From positions 38,046 through 102,045 of the IMG/VR virus record IMGVR_UViG_3300025280_000024: a stretch of DNA of 64,000 bases; one strand, written 5' to 3'. Of this stretch, positions 1-8,857 are shown piece by piece. Numbering within the stretch: position 1 is the stretch's first letter; each line of letters starts with the position of its first letter. The notes under the pieces were generated by a model. It was not told where the DNA came from. It saw only the letters and a list, made by a program, of their open reading frames with translations, and ran no database searches. Both the position numbers and the translations under genes were made by a program. The stretch is from a virus.

Positions 1-997
1 TGCTAGGTTGAAACTTTACAGCCTCACCATTATCATATTCCAGAGTATACCAAGAACCAGCAGTCGTCACTCGATCAGAGTTTTTGATTGCATCAAGTAA
101 ACTTTCATCATCCATAATGCCAACGTCGGTACCACCCCACAAAATTTTGAAGTTACATGTACGCCCCTGTGAGCCAAACCTTGACTTCTCAAGTTTTGCT
201 TTGACTTCCGAACCAACACGGAATCCGTTATCATCAGTTACAAAAGATGATTTTGCCTTTCTGCCTGTGAGCCAGATACGCAGGGAATATGCATATGCTA
301 CTGCTTTTCCGCCAGGAGTTACATAAGGTGTCGTCATCGCCACAACATGAGCATTGATACCAGTCGGAATGTTGGTCTTCAACTGGTTCAAGATCAAAAG
401 CGCTGATCTTGAGTTTGCAATCGGGACTGTCAGTTTCGACATTCCCTTTGCCAAGATTCTTGCTTTCAACGCTACGCTTGATTGAGGATTGAAATCTCCT
501 TCAAGATCCGAGATAGCAGGGGTGTTTGCCAAGCTGTCCCAAATAAACAACATTTTGTTTTCATTGGATTCAAGCAGTGTTTCAATTGTCTCTAAAACAA
601 ATTCCACACTAGTTGCCTGAATATATAACAGTTTTGACAAATCACACCCTGCTGCCTCGATGAAGGTAGGATCCATGGCTGACTCTGAATCAAAGTAGAC
701 AACATCAATACCCATTTTTTGAGCATTGCTAGCAATTTGTACAGCCATGTACGATTTACCAGTTGACTCTAAACCAGCGATCTCCGTGATCTTTCCGACA
801 GGTATGCCGGCGAGCCGGCCTTTGGCTATGATACTATCAAGCCATCTTGAGCCGGTAGGAATCCATTCCTTAACTAAGGTGGGACAATCTTCATCCTTGA
901 GATCGTGGGCTACTTCCATACCTGCCTTTTTGTTGATGATCGAGCGTAGATCTTCTATCGATAGTTTGCCAACTTTGGTGCTCTTTCGTTTGGCCAT
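1..997 (-). CDS. recA: RecA/UvsX-like recombinase (3' end runs off the window)
   Basis: Not in the ORF track; translated by hand from ATG at 997 with GGAGG upstream: MAKRKSTKVGK...IPTGSRWLD...EIAGLESTGKS (Walker A)...YFDSE...FIWDS (Walker B)...LNQLK...TPGGKA. Confidence 0.93.
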   Translation of the reverse strand, partial: MAKRKSTKVGKLSIEDLRSIINKKAGMEVAHDLKDEDCPTLVKEWIPTGSRWLDSIIAKGRLAGIPVGKITEIAGLESTGKSYMAVQIASNAQKMGIDVVYFDSESAMDPTFIEAAGCDLSKLLYIQATSVEFVLETIETLLESNENKMLFIWDSLANTPAISDLEGDFNPQSSVALKARILAKGMSKLTVPIANSRSALLILNQLKTNIPTGINAHVVAMTTPYVTPGGKAVAYAYSLRIWLTGRKAKSSFVTDDNGFRVGSEVKAKLEKSRFGSQGRTCNFKILWGGTDVGIMDDESLLDAIKNSDRVTTAGSWYTLEYDNGEAVKFQPS

Positions 998-1017
998 TGG
1001 ATCCTCCTACAAGTGTG

Positions 1018-1752
1018 TTAAGCGTTAAGCAGTTCGTTGAATGAACTTTCGATTGAAGAATCTCCAGAATTCGAATCTGCAGCAGAATTAGCAGGATTGT
1101 CGACAATGAGGAATTGGTCGAGAGTTTCCTGAACTTCCGCAGAAGACTTGCGCTCAAAAAGCGCACCAAAGTCTGGAATGTTATCAATTGCAGCCTTGAT
1201 CTGGTCTTTATCATCGAAGAGTGCTGTCTTATGCGGACGGACTCGAATTTCTGTCATGGGGAATCGACGACCAGCAGGCTTGCTATAAATAAGTCGAATG
1301 TCGTTTCCTTCCATAACATCAGTGATATCACCATAATCTGGATCAAACACCAGGTTGAGCAACTGTTCATACACAGTTTTGCTATAACCCCAAACCTTCG
1401 GGGTATCATGTTGTTCACGGATAATTACAGGTGAGAAGAATCGTTGCTTTGCGAAAAGCTTTTTGGCTTCTTCGCCGGCATCTGCGTCTCCGTTGGTATG
1501 AGAATTCCACAGTTGTGAAGCAAAAGAACAAACAGGGCATTCATCCCCAAAGTTACGCTTCGGACAGAGAAATCCCCGAGCCTCTCCCACGCCATAGTGA
1601 AACCAGTAATCCTTAAAAGGATCACCGTCTTCCATGGGAACAATACGAATGACTTGTTCACCCTCTTCGGGTTTCCAAAAGTCATTGCCATTCCCGCCTC
1701 TGCCCTGTAGAGAAGCTTGTCGTTGTTTCATTTTTTCTAGGTCTAGTGCCAT
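1018..1752 (-). CDS. single-stranded DNA-binding protein (T4 gp32-like)
   Basis: FWKP, IRIVP, HY...CP...CPVC Zn ligands, YGDITD...G.D, acidic C-terminal tail; next to recA. Confidence 0.85.
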   Translation of the reverse strand: MALDLEKMKQRQASLQGRGGNGNDFWKPEEGEQVIRIVPMEDGDPFKDYWFHYGVGEARGFLCPKRNFGDECPVCSFASQLWNSHTNGDADAGEEAKKLFAKQRFFSPVIIREQHDTPKVWGYSKTVYEQLLNLVFDPDYGDITDVMEGNDIRLIYSKPAGRRFPMTEIRVRPHKTALFDDKDQIKAAIDNIPDFGALFERKSSAEVQETLDQFLIVDNPANSAADSNSGDSSIESSFNELLNA

Positions 1753-1778
1753 TGATTCCTCCTTAATTGGTAGTCACT

Positions 1779-1807
1779 ATTATAACAGTTCTCTTCACAA
1801 TTGTAAA
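1779..1807 (-). promoter_or_regulatory. sigma70-like promoter upstream of ssb
   Basis: Minus strand TTTACA-17 nt-TATAAT. Confidence 0.65.
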
Positions 1808-2640
1808 GCCTTTTTTTCTGTTTCTCGAAGTTGGATCAAAGAGGAATGCGCAACACAATACACATAATCTTCATCATATTTGGTCGAATATATACCATAT
1901 GACGTTTTGATATCGTGATTTTCGATGTTGTCAGTTATCATCTTGAACAATGCCGTATCTGTCTTGAGCCTTTCATCATTGATACCATAATAATACACCA
2001 TTTCACGCACGTTGTCAAGTAAAAAAAACATTTTTTGTTCGTTTTTTAGAGAAGAAATTCCAAAGGTCGATATTCTTGCTATTTCGTGCGGTTCAGAGAA
2101 ATTTCCTACAATAAAATCAGAATGATTGAAAACATTAATCATATGAATAGTGGAAACAATCAGTTCATTCAATTTATCATAGTATCCCATGACGGCGACA
2201 CCACCTAAAATTTCTTCAAGACAAGGGTTTGAAACCAAATACAATCGCTTAATCAGACCAGACCTAGCATATTCCTGCAATACATAATAAACCAGTCTTT
2301 CTTGCTGCCTCTTTTTCTCTCCCAAAAGCGCGATATTCGGCTGAATATACAGCACATTAGCCTGATGAGACCCGAGTTGCTCAAGCAGTCGTAAAGCCCC
2401 TCCACTGACGTTTCCTGACCCTCCCAGGATAAACAGTATATCAGTATCTATCTTATTGAAAACGTTTGTATAGTCGCTTAGATGGTCCTCGTACTCTTCC
2501 GGTGTTTCAAAACGAGGCAGAAAATAACAATTCTCTCCATAGATGTCGACGTCGAATTTTATGATTTTATACTGAGGGTGCTTTGCGAATCTGTCTGCTA
2601 TGTTGCAGCCGGCAGATCCCAGACCAATTATAGTTTCCAT
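1795..2640 (-). CDS. tubulin/FtsZ-family GTPase-like protein (divergent)
   Basis: N-terminal IIGLGSAGCNIA (GxGxxGxN loop), degenerate signature loop LGGSGNVSGG, P....G...and LVSN; ~280 aa. Confidence 0.7.
   Translation of the reverse strand: METIIGLGSAGCNIADRFAKHPQYKIIKFDVDIYGENCYFLPRFETPEEYEDHLSDYTNVFNKIDTDILFILGGSGNVSGGALRLLEQLGSHQANVLYIQPNIALLGEKKRQQERLVYYVLQEYARSGLIKRLYLVSNPCLEEILGGVAVMGYYDKLNELIVSTIHMINVFNHSDFIVGNFSEPHEIARISTFGISSLKNEQKMFFLLDNVREMVYYYGINDERLKTDTALFKMITDNIENHDIKTSYGIYSTKYDEDYVYCVAHSSLIQLRETEKKALQL
1990..2018 (-). promoter_or_regulatory. sigma70-like promoter inside the tubulin-like gene, facing ssb
   Basis: Minus strand TTGACA-17 nt-TATTAT. Confidence 0.55.
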
Positions 2641-3665
2641 TCTTTCATCTCTCCATAGTTTTTGCCGATCTTCACTAAGATCGGAAAATCTCCAAAAATT
2701 GTCTGAGAAAAATTTTCGCGAATCTCGTTTATTTGATTTAGATCTCGTTTGTCGAAATCAATGACCAAACTGTCATGTATTAAGAATGCTATATTTGATC
2801 TCTCAAGAAACTTATGAAGTTTGACTGCTTGTTGCATAAACAGGTCGCTGGCAGTGCTCTGTACGATATAATTGAAGGCATGGTAATCATCTGATTCTAT
2901 CTTTCTGTTGAAGATCGTCTTGACTTCGCCATTGGAATAAAAGCGTTCCTTTATTTTGCCTCGATCATAATAACGGTTCGTTAATTTGTCTTCTGAGTTG
3001 GGGTTATAGAGCCACGCAAACACTCTCTTCTTGGCCTCTTCTCTTGTCCCTAGGCCTCGGTATATATTCTCGACGTTCCACTCGTGTAGGTCCATTGAGG
3101 GCTGCTCCTGGCCCATTAGAGCCAGCAAAACCCGAAGCTCAAAAGCATTGAAATCCATTTCCAAGAAGCAGTCCTTTTGGGGCTGAATAATTGAACGATA
3201 TTCTTTGTTCAAAGTCAATATAGGAAAGCTGCCTGGTTTGGTCGTGAGTCTCCCTGTTTTGGTTCCGAACATATTATAATTGACAATTGGACTGGTTTTT
3301 CTAATCTTCTGCAAAAACTCACGATTGCTTGGTGTAAATTTTACGCGTGTTGCGTCAATTTGAAGCTCTTGCTGTTTTATATCACCGATAAGTCTGTCGA
3401 GATCACATAAAAAATCATAATTCTTTGGTTTTTCACAGTTTTTCAAAACGTGATCCTGAATTTGATCCTTTACTTCTTGATATTTAATGTATAACTTCTC
3501 TGGAAGGATATCTTGAATAGAAAATTCATTTAGAGACAGCTTTGCCTCTATGAATGCTCTCTGATGGGCAGAAATTTCATCAGAGAGGCTCTGCCATTTG
3601 TTTTTCAGTTCTTCCGGACAAAATTCCGTAGGTTGCCTGCCCCGACAATATAGATTAAGCTGCAT
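2628..3665 (-). CDS. family A DNA polymerase, polymerase domain only
   Basis: TKTGRLT, motif A EMDFNAFELR, motif B REEAKKRVFAWLY, AFNYIVQSTASD, motif C IHDSL; no exonuclease domain visible. Confidence 0.85.
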   Translation of the reverse strand: MQLNLYCRGRQPTEFCPEELKNKWQSLSDEISAHQRAFIEAKLSLNEFSIQDILPEKLYIKYQEVKDQIQDHVLKNCEKPKNYDFLCDLDRLIGDIKQQELQIDATRVKFTPSNREFLQKIRKTSPIVNYNMFGTKTGRLTTKPGSFPILTLNKEYRSIIQPQKDCFLEMDFNAFELRVLLALMGQEQPSMDLHEWNVENIYRGLGTREEAKKRVFAWLYNPNSEDKLTNRYYDRGKIKERFYSNGEVKTIFNRKIESDDYHAFNYIVQSTASDLFMQQAVKLHKFLERSNIAFLIHDSLVIDFDKRDLNQINEIRENFSQTIFGDFPILVKIGKNYGEMKEWKL

Positions 3666-3673
3666 TCACCCTC

Positions 3674-4834
3674 TTACACAGTTGGAACCAGTTGTCCCAA
3701 AAACTTACTATTAATATACACTATTGCTCTGCGAATGTCAAGGTATTTCCGAATATTTTTTGCTCTTTCTACAACTCTGTCAAAATCCAGCTTATTTAGC
3801 TTGTCAACCACCTCACTTTGTCTAATTTTGGCATACAACCAGATCCAATAATCAGTATTGTATCTTCTTTCATATTCTGCATCAGTTAACACAGATCGAT
3901 TCAACGTTGTATCATCTTGAAACCTGATTGTAGGCCGAGAAGAAATAAAAGAATTATAAAACTGCCTAAAATAAATCCTCAAAGCTGGAATGTCGTATAA
4001 ATAAGATTTAATATAATATTGTCTATGTAAATTGTCTGGTGAGGCTCCATATCTACTCATATACTGTTGCATATATTGAGAATCCAAGTCTGCAACCAGT
4101 CGCCATGGCGCATTTTTATCAACAAAAAAACCATTCTTTTCTGCTGCATCTAAATAACCATAATAAAACTTACTTTTAAAAATATCGTTGTGCTTATTAA
4201 AATCAACAGAATAATCTTCAAGTGCAAACTCAACACAAAGCCCAGAAATATTTGGCGTACACCATAAGTTGGATATAATGCCGGTTCTAGTCATTGGAGA
4301 CATGGTACCAACCAGATCAAAAAATTCTAAAAACTTTTCTACAAAATCACCAAAAGACACCACTTGTTCCGATCGAGTTGAATTATTTCGAAGATACTGA
4401 TCAACAAACGCTTTATATGTGTTTGAAACTTGGTTGTGAAACATTACATTAACGCTGGTCCAACCTTTCTTTGGTATAAGCTCTGTAGGAGAAAGGTATT
4501 TTTCTTTCAAAAACTCAGGATCGTTTCGATATTTCAAAGTAAATGTATCAATAAAATTATCATATGCATCAACAACAAAATTTAATGCATAAACTCCTTC
4601 ACTACCTCTAAATTCTTTAAAGTTGGTTTCTGTGGGATATATAGAATTTCCCCGAGAATCAATTCTTCCATATAAAGTTTGTTTATACCAGAAATCAATT
4701 GTGTTCTTTTTCTCACTATGTGAAAGTTTATATAGACTTCGTTGTTTATATAGATCTTTAGATTTTAATTCATTTGTTCCTAATGGAATCTGCTGCCGTT
4801 TAAGCATTTGTAATATTGAATTTCGACTTGCCAT
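3674..4834 (-). CDS. hypothetical protein
   Basis: 386-aa ORF co-oriented with neighbours; no motif recognised. Confidence 0.6.
   Translation of the reverse strand: MASRNSILQMLKRQQIPLGTNELKSKDLYKQRSLYKLSHSEKKNTIDFWYKQTLYGRIDSRGNSIYPTETNFKEFRGSEGVYALNFVVDAYDNFIDTFTLKYRNDPEFLKEKYLSPTELIPKKGWTSVNVMFHNQVSNTYKAFVDQYLRNNSTRSEQVVSFGDFVEKFLEFFDLVGTMSPMTRTGIISNLWCTPNISGLCVEFALEDYSVDFNKHNDIFKSKFYYGYLDAAEKNGFFVDKNAPWRLVADLDSQYMQQYMSRYGASPDNLHRQYYIKSYLYDIPALRIYFRQFYNSFISSRPTIRFQDDTTLNRSVLTDAEYERRYNTDYWIWLYAKIRQSEVVDKLNKLDFDRVVERAKNIRKYLDIRRAIVYINSKFLGQLVPTV
3713..3741 (-). promoter_or_regulatory. sigma70-like promoter upstream of the polA-like gene
   Basis: Minus strand TTGACA-17 nt-TATATT. Confidence 0.65.
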
Positions 4835-4853
4835 ATTAATGTATCATGGTTCC

Positions 4854-7589
4854 CTAACGATCGGTGCAGGGATTCGCTTGGTCATCAAAACAACCTGGCT
4901 CGCCGGCACCAACCCACAAAGTATTTAGTATTGTTTCATAAGTATTATCACTTATTGCACTATCAACAGTAATAATTTGATGATATCCACCTATTCCCAA
5001 GACAGATGACAAATGTGTTGCAAAGCCCGGAGATTGTAGTCCAACAACAGTGGGATTAAGATAAATTAATTGGCCGGGTTGAAAAAGGCCGTTTCCAAAC
5101 AGTGTTATGTCGGCATTATATTTATCTCGCAATTGTCCCAATCCAATCGATCCCTCTCTTTCCATTCTTGCTTCGCGCATTCCAGGTTGATCATCTTTTT
5201 TGAATTTGATACTTTTTACTATGCCCCGGGGGTTTCCGATGTTTAACCAATATATTCCTTCTTGTGCGTCCCATGTGGGGGATTCTGGATCCATAGCATT
5301 ACGACCAGCAGAATTAAAATTGTTCGCTTGTAGAATGAGATAGTGAAACAGTTTACGATCAGAAAGACGACCGTTATAAGTCGCTATTGGTACGATGTCT
5401 TGATCAAATACTCTCGGCATTCGGTTATCCCACCGACCCTGATCATCCCGGTCGACGTCGGGGCCCGATCCAGGACGAACACGATTTTCATTGTTTTCAT
5501 CTCCATAAGCACTAACGTGTAATATATCAATATTTGGTCGAACAACTCTAGAACGTTCAGCACATTCCGTGCCCATGGATGGGTATATCAAATAAGAAAA
5601 AAGTTCTTGTAAAAATGTTCTAAAGGTCCACTCAGTTCTATTTCTGGCAATAACCCTGTCAGTAAAAAACTGAAAAAATAAATTCAAAGATATTGGTAAA
5701 TCAGCCATATTCATCAACGCTGTTGGGGCTGCTAAGGCGAAGGCTTCTCGATCAGCCTCTCGGACTTCGGCGCCGAACCGCCATGGCCGTTCGGGTGCGG
5801 CCCGAAACTTTGGCAAGTGCAAAAAAATAGTACCAAGCAGCATATTAATATCTCCAAATTCTTGAGGATTGCCATCTCTTTTGAGAATATTTAAAGCAAC
5901 ATCTAACAAATCTCCCAAATAAAAATAATAAATTCTTTTTTGATCGTCACCAATTGTCGGCGTCTCGAAACCGGCGGGCTCTCCGGCGTCGTCATCAGCT
6001 AACGCCTCAGCCATGGCCGCGTTATAGGTAGCGGTGCGTTCGAACCCGGCAGCTGCGCCGCGCCCTCTTTGAATCTGGAATGTCTGATTATCTAAACCTC
6101 TTTGGTACCTAGAAAATGCGCTGCGGACGGTGCCGGGCTCGTCGGAGAAAATAGCGTCCGGTACATCAACATAAAAAATTCCGGTGCCGCCTCTCAGATT
6201 AATCAATCCCCTAAGAAATCTGGAGTATGTCTCAGACACTATTCTATTTCTTAAGCTGTTGACCGCGACTAGATCTGCTTCTACTAATTGTTCGATATCG
6301 AGCCCAATTCCGAACCAACCCCCAATACCGGTTTCTTCACTTACGCGTACGCGTTCGGGGTCTTCTTCACAGTCGGATTCTGTTGACATATCGGGCGTGG
6401 GGCCCGATTCGCCTGCAGCTGCAGCGTCTTCGTCGTCGATTCGAACGGCTTGTAGTTCGTTTTGTAAATTTATCAATTCGCTATCCAACAAAGCCAACAA
6501 ATCATTTGCGCTAAGTCTGGGAATATCGGTGGAGTCGAGACCGGCGTCGACGAGTATTCTGAAGACTGGGTGGGCCGGGTTCAGTATGCGGACGCCTCCG
6601 GAATATTCATCGGTGTCGGCTTGCAACAAATTACTGGCCGGCCCTGTTAACATACTTTCAACTGCAGCATGATATTCTAAATCTAATTCAATTGTTCCGT
6701 CTTCTCTAAAATCAATAGAATGACTCAACAAACTCAAAAGCAAAGTTGTGCCAACAGAATTAATTTTATCAGCCAACCGAGCAGTAAATAATTTACCAGG
6801 GCCTATTATGTTTTTATCAACAGTCCACCCAAGAACAACTTTGATTCGATAGTATCTCTCGTTAAAATCGCCGGTCTCGCCACCAAACTTTTGAGAACGA
6901 AAAATTAAATCTAAATAGTTTGCCTCATCATAAGGCAACGCGGCATCTAGATTCTGATTTCTTTGACACAGAGTAAAAGTTTCCAAAGATTCAGCACTAA
7001 TCAAATCTTTGAAATTTTGAAAATATAATTTTAAATTTGCTTTAATATTGTTATCAACTTCTGCAGTGTTTGTACCCAATAATTCCCACTCAAAACTTTT
7101 TAATGCGACACCGCTGCCGCGGCCGGCGCGATTCTGCGTCATCTCTTTAATATTCTCTGGATCATAAGATCCATCAAAAATAAATTCAACATCTTTAGAT
7201 GGACCGTCTTCACCTTCAAGGTATACCATTTTAAAAATTCTAATTTTTGGCATTACAGCCGACATTTGATCTGGTCGAAGATTAAAAAACTCGGCCAATC
7301 CCTCATCTGTAACCAACCGACCAATCAACGAACTTGGATTCGATGTCATGACACAAGTAAAATTCTCATACATTTTTGATCCGCTAGCAAGATTAAAATC
7401 CTCGATTTCGATATTCCGCACACGGCGGAATTCCTCGCGAATTCGCTTTAACATCACTTCTTCGGAATCAGGTTGATTCCACTCGCTTCCCGCTTCTTTG
7501 TTAGCTTCTGCAAAAAGATCGACAAACGAAGACAAAAAACACTGTTCCCGAGATCTTGCGTCGTTTCCACTTATAAAACTCCGAGCCAT
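4854..7589 (-). CDS. putative baseplate hub protein (gp27/gpD/VgrG-like)
   Basis: C-terminal ADITLFGNGLFQPGQLIYL...GIGGYHQIITVDSAI...YETIL pattern typical of hub proteins; lies after tape measure and LysM-like genes. Confidence 0.55.
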   Translation of the reverse strand: MARSFISGNDARSREQCFLSSFVDLFAEANKEAGSEWNQPDSEEVMLKRIREEFRRVRNIEIEDFNLASGSKMYENFTCVMTSNPSSLIGRLVTDEGLAEFFNLRPDQMSAVMPKIRIFKMVYLEGEDGPSKDVEFIFDGSYDPENIKEMTQNRAGRGSGVALKSFEWELLGTNTAEVDNNIKANLKLYFQNFKDLISAESLETFTLCQRNQNLDAALPYDEANYLDLIFRSQKFGGETGDFNERYYRIKVVLGWTVDKNIIGPGKLFTARLADKINSVGTTLLLSLLSHSIDFREDGTIELDLEYHAAVESMLTGPASNLLQADTDEYSGGVRILNPAHPVFRILVDAGLDSTDIPRLSANDLLALLDSELINLQNELQAVRIDDEDAAAAGESGPTPDMSTESDCEEDPERVRVSEETGIGGWFGIGLDIEQLVEADLVAVNSLRNRIVSETYSRFLRGLINLRGGTGIFYVDVPDAIFSDEPGTVRSAFSRYQRGLDNQTFQIQRGRGAAAGFERTATYNAAMAEALADDDAGEPAGFETPTIGDDQKRIYYFYLGDLLDVALNILKRDGNPQEFGDINMLLGTIFLHLPKFRAAPERPWRFGAEVREADREAFALAAPTALMNMADLPISLNLFFQFFTDRVIARNRTEWTFRTFLQELFSYLIYPSMGTECAERSRVVRPNIDILHVSAYGDENNENRVRPGSGPDVDRDDQGRWDNRMPRVFDQDIVPIATYNGRLSDRKLFHYLILQANNFNSAGRNAMDPESPTWDAQEGIYWLNIGNPRGIVKSIKFKKDDQPGMREARMEREGSIGLGQLRDKYNADITLFGNGLFQPGQLIYLNPTVVGLQSPGFATHLSSVLGIGGYHQIITVDSAISDNTYETILNTLWVGAGEPGCFDDQANPCTDR

Positions 7590-7590
7590 A

Positions 7591-7923
7591 TTAAATTCCT
7601 AAATATCTCAGCATCATTTCTAAAGGTTGAGGAATGAAGATGATGTCTCCCAACAAAACATGAGATTCGGTTGGTCTTTTATTGTACCAAGCTATTGCCC
7701 ACCAATATTTCGAATCACCATAGTGTTCATGTGCTAATTTATAAAATCGATCTCCAATCTTCCAAACATGAGGAATTCTGCTTAACTTGCGAATTTGAGC
7801 AGGGTTAATGTGTTTTAGCCTAGGAGTACTGTATTGTTCTATTTTGTTTAAATCTCTTTTCTCCAAAACCTCTTTGTAGGTTTCAGAAGTATTAGTAAAA
7901 ACTGATCGTATTGAATATCTCAT
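7591..7923 (-). CDS. LysM-like baseplate wedge protein (gp53/gpX-like)
   Basis: HVWKIGDRFYKLAHEHYGDSKYWWAIAWYN...GDIIFIP. Confidence 0.75.
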   Translation of the reverse strand: MRYSIRSVFTNTSETYKEVLEKRDLNKIEQYSTPRLKHINPAQIRKLSRIPHVWKIGDRFYKLAHEHYGDSKYWWAIAWYNKRPTESHVLLGDIIFIPQPLEMMLRYLGI

Positions 7924-7963
7924 TTAAATTTCTTCCTTGTGTTATCAAGCACAACTGGTAGTC

Positions 7964-8842
7964 TTAATCCCCCCCGTATCCCTGCGCCGGCGAGTAGTAT
8001 CCATCCCCAAGAATTTCTGCGCTTTCAGCAAAGACTTCCTGTTGCACGTTTGGCGGGAGCTGCAGCAACAGATCCATCGACTGGCTATAAGCCACGTCTG
8101 CCGCTCGTTGGGCGGCCGGCGTGCCGTCGTCTGCGCTGACGATATCGACGAGGGGCAGAAGTTGGCGGTTTATGTAGGTCCCCAGTTGTGCATCCGTCAT
8201 AGTATTTTTATACGGATAATCACTCTCACTTAACCAAACCCCATGTTGATCCCATCCTATATCATGCGTATGCAAAACGGTAAAAGTACAAGACATTTGC
8301 ATTGCTTTGGGAAATATGCTTGAACTAGTTTCTATAAAACCTTCATCCAATATTGGAGCGTGTGTAAACCCATCAACGTATCCCAATAACCCACTATCAC
8401 TGACACTCGATCCCACGCCTCCACCACCTTTTGCATCCCTTATCAAATTCATGAACTTCAACTTTAACAATGGAGGACCAGATATATGAGTAGTGCTGGG
8501 ACGGGCTGGACCACTGGCGCGGGCACCGCCAGTATTATAAGAAGGATAAAGCATTCGAATCAACTTTGAAATATCCTCCAAATTTTTTGCAGCGCTAGTT
8601 GAATCTTCAGCTATGATTTCCCATCCCAAACTAATATTACGAGTTGTTCTTTTAAAAGTAGATATTGGATCCATTCGACCAAAAGCTTCTTCTGTGTTCC
8701 AATCAGAACTAAACTTGTCTTCAAATTGAGTAACGAAAGCACGAAACGCTACACTGGTTCCACTTACCAAATGAAAAAACTCAATATATTGGCCATTGTT
8801 CGATAAACCACTGGGTATTGAACCGTCGTTCCAAAAAGGCAT
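7964..8842 (-). CDS. baseplate tube-initiator protein (gp48/gp54- or CIS tube-initiator-like)
   Basis: FEDKFSSDW...FGRMDPISTFKRTTRNISLGW and PPLLKLKF; lies between TMP and LysM-like genes. Confidence 0.6.
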   Translation of the reverse strand: MPFWNDGSIPSGLSNNGQYIEFFHLVSGTSVAFRAFVTQFEDKFSSDWNTEEAFGRMDPISTFKRTTRNISLGWEIIAEDSTSAAKNLEDISKLIRMLYPSYNTGGARASGPARPSTTHISGPPLLKLKFMNLIRDAKGGGGVGSSVSDSGLLGYVDGFTHAPILDEGFIETSSSIFPKAMQMSCTFTVLHTHDIGWDQHGVWLSESDYPYKNTMTDAQLGTYINRQLLPLVDIVSADDGTPAAQRAADVAYSQSMDLLLQLPPNVQQEVFAESAEILGDGYYSPAQGYGGD

Positions 8843-8857
8843 CTTTATTTTCTCCTA

